Source of the DNA: Eledone cirrhosa
Taxonomy: Eukaryota
Reading direction: 5' to 3'
Assembly (NCBI GenBank): GCA_964016885.1
Contig: OZ024749.1
Coordinates: forward strand, 19,840,001 to 19,904,000
DNA: 64,000 nucleotides
Part shown: positions 53,359-64,000 of the stretch, piece by piece
How the letters are laid out: every line of letters starts with the position of its first letter
Position numbering within the stretch: position 1 is the first letter of the stretch
Position numbers and translations under genes: made by a program
Notes under the pieces: model-generated
The model's database searches: none
What the model was told of the DNA's origin: nothing
What the model saw: only the letters and a program-made list of their open reading frames with translations

Positions 53359-56300
53359 ATATTTTCCCATGTATCAGCAGAGATGTTAGCGTCTTTCAAG
53401 GAATCCTTATACCTCTTTTTTGGTTTATGAGGCGGTCGTTTTCCTTTAACCGACTCTCCATAAAAGAGTTGTTTTGGTATTCTAGAATCCTTCATCCTGG
53501 CAAAGTGACCACTCCAACGGAGTCGTTGCTTAAGCACAAGAGCTTCTATACTGTCACACATAGAGCTTTCCAAAATCTCGACATCACTGATGTGGTCCCC
53601 CCAGTGAACGCCATGGATCCGTCTGAGACACATCTGATGGAAACGCTCCAATTGCTTAAGGTGGTGTCGATATGTGACCCAGGTCTCGCAGGCATAAAGA
53701 AGACAAGAGAGCACACATGCCCTGTACACCTTTACCTTTGTCCTCCTGCATATGTCTCGCCGACCCCAGAGTCGCCTTTCTAGCTTTCCGAAAGCATCAC
53801 TTGCTTTCCTAATCCTAAGTGAGATTTCACTGTCAAGGTTGCTGTATCGATTGACAGTGCTTCCCAGGTAGACAAACTGATCAACCACTCCAAGTCGTTT
53901 ACCATACACATAGATATTTGGCTCAGTGTACTGCCTACCAGGGGCAGGTTGGTACATGATGACAGTTCTCTTGAGACTGACAGTCAATCCTAGGGCAGTG
54001 CAAGCGTCAGAAAATGCATTCAAAATGTGCTGCATATCACTCTCTGTGTGTGCTACAAGATCGCAATCATCTGCATACAAGAGGTCTCTTATGATTGATG
54101 TAAATACTTTTGTCTTTGCAGCAAAGCGCCTGATGTTAAATATGCTGCCTGAGGTTCGATATCGGATGTAAACACCATGCTCACAATTCCTGAATGCAAT
54201 ACAGAAAACCATTGCAAAGTATATGGCAAACAGGGTCGGTGCTGGAATATCCCCCTGTTTCACTCCATTTTTTACTGAGATAGGCTCCGACATGTTACGT
54301 CCGACATTAACCTAAGCCTTCATGTCGCCATGGAAAGACCTAACTAAAGCAAGGAACTTATCAGGGCAACCAAGTTTCTGGAGAACCTTCCATAATGCAT
54401 CTCTGTTAACAGTATCGAAAGCTTTTGTCAGATCGACAAAACCTGATACAGATCCAAGCCTTGTTCCATGCACTTCTCCTGGAGCTGTCTAGCTGAGAAG
54501 ATCATATCAGTAGTGCCGCGTCCAGCACGAAAACCAGATTGACTTTCAGGAAGAACACAATCTGCAATGTGTGTCAGCAGACAGTCCAGAAGCACCCTAC
54601 ATAAAACTTTCCCTACGACAGAAAGCAATGATATACCTCTGTAGTTCCCACAATCATTCCTGTTACCCTTTCCCTTGTACAAGACCACCATTACTGCATC
54701 TCTCCAGTCCTCAGGTACGGATTCATTAGCCCATATCCTGCCAAACAAAGAGTGAAGATGTTGCAGGAGTCTCTCACCACCATATTGTAGGAGCTCAGCA
54801 TGTATGCCATCCATACCTGGAGATCTTCCACTGTTCAGCTTCGAAATAGCCACTGCAACGTCCACAAGCATCGGAGGTTCTGCGAGAGCTACTTTCACAG
54901 GACTTTCTGGAATGAGATTGAGGAAATCTTCACTGACGACAGACGGCTGATTCAAAAGATCATCAAAGTGCTCTCGCCACCTTCGTAGAATTCCTTGTGA
55001 GTCACAAAGAAGTTCTTTGCCATCCTTGCTGCGAAGCAGTGTCACCAGAGAAGAAGACGGTCCATAAACCTCACGCAAGAGACTGTACAACAGCCTTGTG
55101 TTATTGGAATCTGATGCAGTTTGTATCTCACCAGCCTTCTCACTCCACCACTGATCCTTCATCTGAGAAAGACTCCGCCTAACACGTGATTTTACATCCT
55201 TGAGTTCCTCATGCAACGTATTCTTCTCCTGTGGTTTTGCCGTCAAGTAGCGCGACAGAGCATGCCTCTTATCAGCCAACAAGTCTTCTATATGTACATC
55301 ATTCTCATTAAACCAGTCCTGATGTTTTCTCTGCACCAATCCCAGAACACGCCTGCCTACATCATAAACCGACTTTTTAAGGGTCGGCCAATCCTCACCA
55401 AGATCTGCAGCCTGCATCTCTTCTTCCAATGTCCTCTTCACATTTTTATCCTTAAGACGAGCAGCATTCAATCTTTTGGGCAGGGCAACACCAGGAGCCC
55501 AGATTTTACGTTTAGTGATTAGTTTCACTTTTGCGCGTACCAGGCGGTGGTCCGTCCAGCACTCAGCTCCACGAAGAACACGAACACACTGCACATCCTG
55601 TCTGTCACGCATCCTGACTAGGACGTAGTCCAAAAGATGCCATTCCTTAGATGCAGGATGCATTCATGTGGTCTTGAATTTGTTCTTTTGTTGGAACATG
55701 GTGTTGGTAACACACAGATCCAGCTCCTCACACATCTGCAGCAGGAGCATACCATTGTTGTTACACTTTCCTACCCCATGCCTTCTGATTACATTCCATG
55801 TGTTAAAATCCCTACCCACTCTAGCATTAAAGTCACCAAGCACGATGACTTTGTCTGCCTGAGGGATATTTCTTAAAACACCTTTCAAGGCATGGTAAAA
55901 GGACACTTTTTCTTCATCGACAGAATTCATAGTTGGAGCATACACACTCACCAGGGTCGCATATCTTCCTTTGTCCAGCGGAATTCTCATGGACATAAGA
56001 CGCTCACTAATCCCTACTGGGAATTCTTCTAATTTATTCACAAGTACAGTCTTAACAGCAAATCCTACCCCAGCCTCTCTTCTGGTTCCTTCATCTTTTC
56101 CTTTCCAGAAGAATGTATATTCTCCACAAAATTCTCTAAGATGACCATCTCCAGCTAACCTCGTCTCAGATAAAGCCACGATGTCAAGATCGTAACGTCG
56201 AAGCTCCTTTACAACAAGAGCGGTCCTTCGTTCAGGACGCTCCAAGGAATCCCTGTCAAGCAGCGTCCGTACGTTCCAGCAGCCAAGACTAAATGCCTTG

Positions 56301-56400
56301 TTTGGCTCTATTACAATGGCACGATGACGAGCGGGCCCATGCTGTGATAACCTGGGGCCCCTGCCCTTATTGCCAATTATCTTTTTTGTTCCAGAACCTA
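53359..56400 (-). mobile_element. RTE (BovB-like) LINE, APE + RT, few frameshifts
   Basis: GCWNVRTL..RPERRTALV..ALSETR, SVYAPT, LGDFNARVG, WHLLDY, NYRGISLL, ESQSGFR, GVKQGD, LLYADD, LLYACETW. Confidence 0.94.
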
Positions 56401-56466
56401 AATTGCCAATTATCTCTTTCTGGAACATCATTGAATTTGAAAAAAAAAAAAAGTAATAATAGTAAC

Positions 56467-56499
<33 letters not shown>

Positions 56500-56503
<4 letters not shown>

Positions 56504-57930
56504 TATGCAATTTGGTATTAGTAAGTGTGGAGTCATTGTGATGAAGAGGGGTAAGCTGAGCAGAAGTAACGGAATCCAGGTACCAACAGGTGAGATGATA
56601 AAGGAAATTGACTCTGAAGAAGGATACAAGTATTTGGGCGTTCTGGAGGCTGATGACATCAAGAACAAAAAAATGAAGGAATTGATATGAACTGAATACA
56701 TTTGGAGAGTAAGGAGCGTATTAAAGTCACATCTGAACAGTAGGAATGCCATAAGTGCAGTAAATTCCCGAGCTGTGTCTATTATTAGGTACAGTGCGGG
56801 AATTCTGAGATGGAATGTTGCTGAACAAAAAGAAATGGATAGGAAGACTAGGAAGCTATTGACTATCTATAACATGTTCCACAAGAGGAGTGATGTCGAT
56901 AGACTCTACTTAAGGAGATCTGAAGGTGGAAGAGGTCTTATCAGCATAGAGGACTGTGTTCAGATGGAGAAAAACAACCTACACAAATACGTGACTGATA
57001 GTAAGGAGCCAATGCTCAGAACTGTACTGAAGGAGGGGACAATAGGCCAGGGGATGTCCAAGGAGGAAATAACATCAAGGAGAAAGAGCAGCCTTCAGGA
57101 AAAATCCCTTCATAGTACCTTCTTTGAGAAAACTGAATTTAGAGATCCACAGACATGTAACTGGTTGAAAAGAGGAGACCTTAAAAAGGCTACAGAAGGA
57201 ATGTTAATGGCTGCGCAGGAGCAGGCCCTCAAAACGAAGTGGTTGAAACACCATATTTACAAGGAGGAGGCTAACCCACTGTGCAGGATCTGTGGAGAGA
57301 GAGAGGAGACTGTGGCTTACATTGTATCCGAGTGTAAACACCTAGCCCAGACTCACTATAAGGGCTGGAGACATGATGTGATGGGCAGGGTGATCCACTG
57401 GCACCTATGCAAAGTAAACAATTTACCACATTCTGAGAAGTGGTATGAGCATAAGCCAGAGGTGGTGATAGAAAACGATCAGGTGAAGGTGCTGTGGGAT
57501 TTTAGGATACAGACGGACAAGAAACTGGAACACAATAGACCTGACCTGGTGGTTGTGGACAAAGAAAAAAGATCGTGTCTGATTGTGGATGTGGCCTGCC
57601 CATTCCACACGAGAGTGCAAGAGAAGGAGAGGGAGAAAATTAACCGATACCAGGACTTAAAGTGGGAGGTAAAAAGGATTTGGAACTGCCATGAAGTCAA
57701 AGTGATCCCGATTGTCATAGGCGCACTAGGGACTATCTCAAAAAGTTTCCAGGGATGGTTAAAGAAAATTGGCCTCTTCACGCTTTTTGGAATGCTTCAA
57801 AAGGCATGCTTGCTGGGAACAGCAAGAACCCTCCGATACGTCCTGAATATCTGAGGCTGCAGGTAGTGGCTTGATATTCATTTCAACAAACTTTCCAGTT
57901 AACTAACATCAATGACTGATACTCAAAGAG
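56500..57930 (+). mobile_element. R4/Dong-clade LINE (restriction-like endonuclease), 5'-truncated, within (TAA)n
   Basis: MQFGISKC, YKYLGVLE, RLYLRRSEGGRGL, AAQEQAL, CRIC..ET..ECK..RHD, HNRPDLVVVDK, DVACP; (TAA)n on both sides. Confidence 0.92.
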
Positions 57931-57984
57931 TAATAACAATAATAATAATAATAATAATAATACACTATTAATAATTATTAATGC

Positions 57985-58255
57985 ACTCGTGCAATGCCTG
58001 TGCGTGACAAATATTTTTAAAGTGAGGAAAGACTGTGCACTGAGCCAATCCCACTCTCTGAGTGACAGTAGCTATAACCCGAAAAGAAAAGATCAACATC
58101 ATCGGTAACTACTGAGCCGCAGGTTTTATGTTGGAGTTAACCCAGTTTCCTGAGATGCCTTCTCCTAGAAGAATGCCCTGACAAGGGCTAGGGGTTATTC
58201 ACTCCCAGTGGTTTAACTGCGCGATCGGGCATCCAGCCCGATTATTCCTATGTCC
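57985..58255 (-). mobile_element. Probable 5' UTR of the RTE at 53359-56400, separated by the Dong insertion
   Basis: Minus strand CTAGGAGAAGG motif recalled from RTE 5' UTRs; same strand and upstream position. Confidence 0.45.
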
Positions 58256-59587
58256 CCGCGCAAAAAAAAAAAAAAAAAAAAAAACTCACTTATTGACACT
58301 TATACGTACGACATACACACACACGCATACATATCCGTGCACACACACGCATACATACGCGCGCACACAGCAACACTCGTACATACAAACAAACACACAC
58401 ACGCTACTCACTTACACACATACACACACACATATCATTTCATTTTCATATACATATATATATATATATATATTACCGTCATTACTGATACAAGATTACA
58501 AGATTATGTCAACTGTTGACTTTCAAGAGTTTGTATAGTTGAAGCCGTTCGTATTACAGTCCAGTATTATTATAATTGCTTTACAGCATAGAGTTATGGC
58601 TCTCCACGGAGTCAACAAAAGAGAGTACCAGTGATGCGCTGGACCAGTCGCTGGATCCGTGCCAAAAGCAGAAAAATTATTATTAAAGTTGTTTTCTTAA
58701 GGCCCGGTCGCTGGTGATGGTGGCGGTGGTGGTGGTGGCGGTGGTGGTGGTGGCAGTTGATGTTGTTGTTGTGTTGTGTGCGTGTGTGTGTGTTTTGTTA
58801 TTTTGAGTATTTTTGTTTGTTTGTGGTTTTTTTTAATTTTTATTTTTTTAAATCTTTTGATGCCGCTGTTGTTGTTGTTGTAAATGTTCATTTCAATTCA
58901 TTCTGAAGCTGTTGTTGCTGTAAACATTAGTACCGGTGTTGTAGATGTTGGGGTTGAAATCTGGTCGTTTGACTGAGTGATGTATATACACACATATACA
59001 TACATATATATATTATATATTATATATTATACACACATATACATACATATATATATTATATATTATGTATACTCCAGTCCTACAAATTGTAGAGTGCTTC
59101 TTATCCGATATCTGCATTGCTTTATTGTACTACAATAAAACTCACCTCCTACATACATATATATATATATATATATACACATTCAACACAGAGTAGAGAG
59201 TTTGACAACAGGTCGATGACTTTAGTCTAGATAGGGTAATGACATGTGATGGTGGGGAGAGAGTGTAGACGTTATTGTGGTGGTGGGGGACAGTGAGATG
59301 TATCTAGTTCATTTGTCCGTTTTCTTCTCTTTGCAAAATTTGAATTTTAGCCATGTTATATTGAGATGTAAGTAAATGTAAAATATAAATAAGGATTGTT
59401 CTGGGAAAATATACTAAAATATTTGTGTAACTTCCACAAACTTCTGTCGTGACATTCCCGAGTCCAGTGATCAAAAAATTGTTGTATTTTGATGTTTCAG
59501 AATACAAAAATTAATTAAAAACTTACCCCACAAAAAGACAGCGTGTGTTGTCCTATCTATAAGCTCCCTCATACATATATATACGTA

Positions 59588-59649
<62 letters not shown>

Positions 59650-60101
59650 GAGAAGAAAGAAGGATACTGCGTGGTTGCACATGGGTTACATATGATAAAA
59701 ATAGTCCTTCGTCAGAGATTTGCCAACCATCATTGATATTTCATCGCATTAAAAATCATATACCTCAGGTTGGTGCGAGCAATAACTAAAAAAAGCTATT
59801 GGGACAAGTAAATCGCGTAAAGCGAGTGAGACAAGTAAACAACATAGAAGGATGAAAGCAACGCAAAGATGGGAATAAACAAGCAACATGGTTGTCCGGT
59901 CAGCATAAGCTGGGTGGATTTCATGTATATATATATATATATATATTGTTATACTTTGGGAGGGTCATGTTGCCAATAAGAAACACACGCACCAGATGCT
60001 TTCACTTCAATTTAATTTATTATATATTTATAAATTTACAAATTTATAAATTTCTGGTTGGTTGGTTGGTTCCACAACCAGATAGTTGTTTATATATATA
60101 T

Positions 60102-60146
60102 AGTCATAGTTCTTTCGTCACACACTCTGTGACCTCTTCAGTGACT
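60102..60146 (-). ncRNA. Type I hammerhead ribozyme (mirror copy)
   Basis: Reverse complement of 60252-60296. Confidence 0.85.
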
Positions 60147-60251
60147 GGGGATTTCTTTCTTCGTTTCTGTGCCTTTCCTTTCTTCTATCCTACGCCATTT
60201 TGGCGTAGGATAGAAGAAAGGAAAGGCACAGAAACGAAGAAAGAAATCCCC

Positions 60252-60296
60252 AGTCACTGAAGAGGTCACAGAGTGTGTGACGAAAGAACTATGACT
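60252..60296 (+). ncRNA. Type I hammerhead ribozyme
   Basis: AGTCA-CTGAAGA-G-GTCACA-GAGTG-TGTGAC-GAAAG-AA-CTA-TGACT. Confidence 0.85.
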
Positions 60297-60507
60297 ATAT
60301 ATATATAAACAACTATCTGGTTGTGGAACCAACCAACCAACCAGAAATTTATAAATTTGTAAATTTATAAATATATAATAAATTAAATTGAAGTGAAAGC
60401 ATCTGGTGCGTGTGTTTCTTATTGGCAACATGACCCTCCCAAAGTATAACAATATCGGTTTCAACACACGATTTCAGATAAAGAATCTTGCTAAACAAAT
60501 TCAGAAA

Positions 60508-60561
<54 letters not shown>

Positions 60562-60624
60562 CTCTCTATCTTTATATATAAATATATATAGGTTTAATAA
60601 AGGTGAATGCAGATGCAGTGTACG

Positions 60625-60990
60625 CTGTGTGGTGGTGGTGGTGCTGGTGTAGTTGGATGTGTAAAGGTGGTAGTAGTGGTTGATTGTGGTTGTGGTGGTT
60701 GTAGTAGGCGGTTAGTGGTTGTGATGGTGGTAGTAGTGGTGGTGGCGGTAGGGGTTAGTGGTTGTGGTGGTGGGGGTTTGGTGGTAATGGTGGTAGTTGT
60801 AGGGGTTAGTTGTTGTGGTGGTGGAGGTTTGGTGGTAATGGTGGTGGTGGTGGTAGGGGTTAGTGGTTGTGGTGGTGGGGGTTTGGTGGTAATGGTGGTG
60901 GTGGTGGTGGTAGGGGTTAGTGGTTGTGTTGGTTTGGTGGTAATGGTGGTGGTGGTGGTGGTAGGGGTTAGTGGTTGTGGTGGTGGTTTT
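60625..60990. repeat. (GGT)n-derived minisatellite
   Basis: Repeats of GTAGGGGTTAGTGGTTGTGGTGGTGGGGGTTTGGTGGTAATG. Confidence 0.85.
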
Positions 60991-61924
60991 GTAAGTAAAT
61001 TTCATTTCATTTCCAGTTCAATGCCAGGCTTTGTTTTCTGCAGAAGGTGAGGTGTGGTGTGGCAGTGTGTGGTATGGAGGCTACCCCCCCCCCCCCTACA
61101 ACTCCACATCCCTCACCCGGAGCACCCTCACCTTAAATTGCCCTTGTCACCACAACCACTCCTTCCCTTCATACCACCACCACCTCCATCCCCACCACCA
61201 CCACCTTACAATACCAGATGTTGGAGCATGTGTTGGGGTGGCTAAAGGTGAGGGGAGGTCAGCATGTTTGTTACATTGTAGTGCAGCTGCACATTGAATT
61301 ACAGCATTGACGCGCATGCACACATACATGCACTCATTCACACATACATGCACTCATACAAACATGCTCATACATATGCACTCACACACGCAGGTACTCA
61401 TATACACACTCATGTCCACACACATGCATTCACTCACTGACATGCACTTACTCAAACATACACACATACACTCACTCACATGCTCATATATATGCACTCA
61501 CACACACACACTCATGCTCATACACATGCACTCACAGCCATACATCCACATATGCAAATACACACACACATGTACACACACATATAGATGCAAATACACA
61601 CATATGCACACACACACACATACACCCCCCCCTCATATATATATGTATCATCATCATCATCGTTTAATGTCTATCTTCCACGCTAGCATGGGTTAGACGG
61701 GAGTTGTCTCAATTTGAGGCAAGGTTGGTCGAGTGACCGTGTCTCGCTCGTATAGGACTATCTGGCAGGTTTTCTACGGTTGGATGCCCTTCCTAACACC
61801 AACCACATTTACAGTATATATATAACCAAAAGTTAAACAAGGTTCATTGATTAATCAATGAATATAGTTTTACAATAGATTAGAAGCACTCAAGAAAGAA
61901 GTTTTCTGGAGTTATTAATATTAC

Positions 61925-62256
61925 TTCAAAATATTAATAAATATAGACATTCATGTGATCAAATATATTTTATTATATATATTTCAGAGGTACTGTGCTG
62001 TTTCCTCAGTACGTCCTCATCAGATAAAATACATAAATTGATGTATGACATACCTCAACTGTACTGATGGTTCAATTCCAGTCTTGACTGCCAAGACTGG
62101 AATTGAACCATCAGTACAGTTGAGGTATGTCAGACATCAATTTATGTATTTTATCTGATGAGGACGTACTGAAAAAACAGCACAGTACCTCCGATATATA
62201 TATAATAAAACATATATTTTGATTATGTGAATGTATCCATTTATTAATATTTTGAA
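61925..62256. mobile_element. Fold-back pLTR pair of Penelope-like element 2
   Basis: About 160-bp arms around GTCTTG-ACTGC-CAAGAC (62081-62097), directly upstream of the PLE ORF. Confidence 0.85.
61966..62031 (-). ncRNA. Type I hammerhead ribozyme; the plus-strand mirror at 62147-62211 has GAAA>GATA
   Basis: TATTTTAT-CTGATGA-GGACGTACT..AGTACCTCT-GAAAT-ATAT-ATA-ATAAAATA. Confidence 0.78.
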
Positions 62257-62268
62257 TAATATATATAT

Positions 62269-63739
62269 ATGTATAGAGCTGATACCTCTAACAACTTTGA
62301 CATCACAATGGGAGCATCCGATTCATCCCAATTGACAGATTTAATTGGTATCTTTATTTTGAACTCTTTGAATCGGAAAATTCCTCAACTTCGCGGTGGA
62401 ATTTATCGTGACGATGGACTCTTTACTATCTTAAATTGCAACATAGTTAACCTTAACCTTAAAGAACAATATACGTAATCTCTTTAACCAACATAACTTA
62501 AAAATTGAATTTGATAAAAGCATCAAACTAGCTAATTTCTTGGATGTATCTCTTAATCTTGACACTGGCCTATATTACCCTTACCATAAAAACAATGAGA
62601 ACCTAAATTATGTTAATTTTAAATCTAACCACCCCACTAATATTAAGAATGCTATAGTTAGTAATATTGGAAAAAGAATATCTAACCTATCTTCTAATAA
62701 AAACATCTTTGATGCTAACGCCAATTACTATAATAACGCGCTTTCTAAAGCCGGTTATCCTGATAAAATCAAATATAGTAAAGAAACAAATTCTAGAAGA
62801 TCTTACAGTAGAATAATTAATCATGATCATTCCAATAACTTTAATAAAAGACCTAGATACAAAAACATAATCTGGTATAATGCTCCTTTCTCCATCTCTA
62901 TTAATAATAATATTCCTAAATTATTCTTTAGTGCCTTAAATAAATGCTTCCCTCCCTCACATATCTATAGTAAAATATTTAACAAACACACTATAAAATT
63001 TTCCTATTCGACCTCCTCCAACATCTCCAACATTATCTCTAAACACAACAATAAAATACTAAATACTAAATCTCTTCCTTCGAACACTGAATATCATAAT
63101 AATAGTAATAGTACTCCCGACGTCATTGTAAACTCTAGGCTAATTTCTGCAAACCCAAATATGTCAAACGCAACTTCGTTAAATGTTCTTAATCCCATTC
63201 TAAATCAAGAAACTATTATTCCTATCGTAAATAACTTCTCCAATCCAATTCCTTCTATAGATAACACTAGGTCACTTGTTAATAACTCTGTTAATTTCTC
63301 TAATCGCAATTGTAATTGCCCTGTTAAAAATAAATGTCCTCTCAACAACCATTGTCTTGAAAAAAACTTAATCTACGAATGTAAAGTTATAACTGACACC
63401 AATTCCTTTACCTATTTTGGCTCCACTTCCACCTCCTTTAAAGCTCCTCTTTATAATCATCATTCGTCTTTTAAATACCAACTTAAAAGAACCAACACGG
63501 CACTCTCAGAACTCATATGGTCCTTGAAAGACAAAAATATTAACTATAACATCTCTTGGAAGAAGGTTTGTTCTGCTTCTCCATACTTGAATAGTTCTCT
63601 ATCCAAGACATGCAATCTCTGTTTATGTGAAAAATTTACCATTATATCTAATTTAGATTCTATAATAAATAGATGCACTGACTTGTTTTCTCTCTGCTTG
63701 CATAAATTCCACAGAACATTCCATAAAGTATACAGCTAA
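62269..63739 (+). mobile_element. Penelope-like retroelement ORF (Naiad type), 5'-truncated, frameshift at about 62460
   Basis: FDITMGASDSSQLTDLIG, GIYRDDGL, NFLDVSLNL, IIWYNAPFS, CNCPVKNKCPLNNHC, IYEC..YFGST, CNLCLCEK. Confidence 0.92.
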
Positions 63740-64000
63740 TATCTAATACTTTACCAATTTAAAATCTTTTTCTCAAAGGCACATATATATATATACATAT
63801 ATATTTCTTTAAAAATATACCCATCTTTCTACCTTATTTCAATGTTATTTATTATACATTATATAATACTAGTTACTCATTCTATATCACTCCTATTTAT
63901 CACTTTCCTTTCTTTCTTTTTTCCTTTTTTCTTTTCTTTTTTTCTTTTTCTTTTAATTTTTAACCTCTAATCTGTACCTTTTCTTCCTAGATACTTCTCA

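Larger units (their letters stand above)
59943..60510 (+). mobile_element. Palindromic twin-hammerhead element
   Basis: 255-bp arms (59943-60197 and 60201-60455), TTT loop, about 55-bp unpaired tail, (TA)n on both flanks. Confidence 0.9.

Noticed and set aside
55664-56752. 362-aa ORF as a single protein
   Set aside because: Its N-terminal part is antisense Dong sequence plus (TAA)n read-through fused to the RTE endonuclease
59655-59730. Minus-strand CTGACGA-AGGACT..AGTATCCT hammerhead
   Set aside because: GAAA box and 3' stem I are absent; at most a truncated relic
60740-60975. Interstitial telomere repeat
   Set aside because: Only isolated GGGGTTAG motifs in a GGT minisatellite; no tandem TTAGGG

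Overview
AT-rich, microsatellite-saturated eukaryotic DNA. The repeat landscape suggests an octopus or other cephalopod, but this is inference. Only two host genes are supported, arranged head-to-head with ATGs about 1.75 kb apart: RCL1 (minus strand, exons 1-4 at 22951-20038, then an intron of more than 20 kb running off the left end) and METTL4 (plus strand, exons 1-2 at 24698-27984, no further exon recognised). Everything else is repeats and mobile DNA: two Naiad-type Penelope-like elements (RT + GIY-YIG), several RTE LINEs (some with a PHD finger), a near full-length Tx1/L1 LINE, an R4/Dong LINE in (TAA)n, a CR1-like fragment, a Gypsy fragment, two Tc1/mariner elements (one DD37D), two non-autonomous Helitrons, MITEs, tRNA-SINEs and minisatellites. 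The most notable signal is a set of type I hammerhead ribozyme motifs at seven loci. Four of these loci are non-coding fold-back (palindromic) elements next to (TA)n, including a 513-bp apparently perfect palindrome with an intact hammerhead on each strand. A Helitron also retains a spliced 107-aa STPR-repeat mini-ORF. Most short ORFs in the supplied track are microsatellite artefacts. All calls were made by eye, with no database searches.
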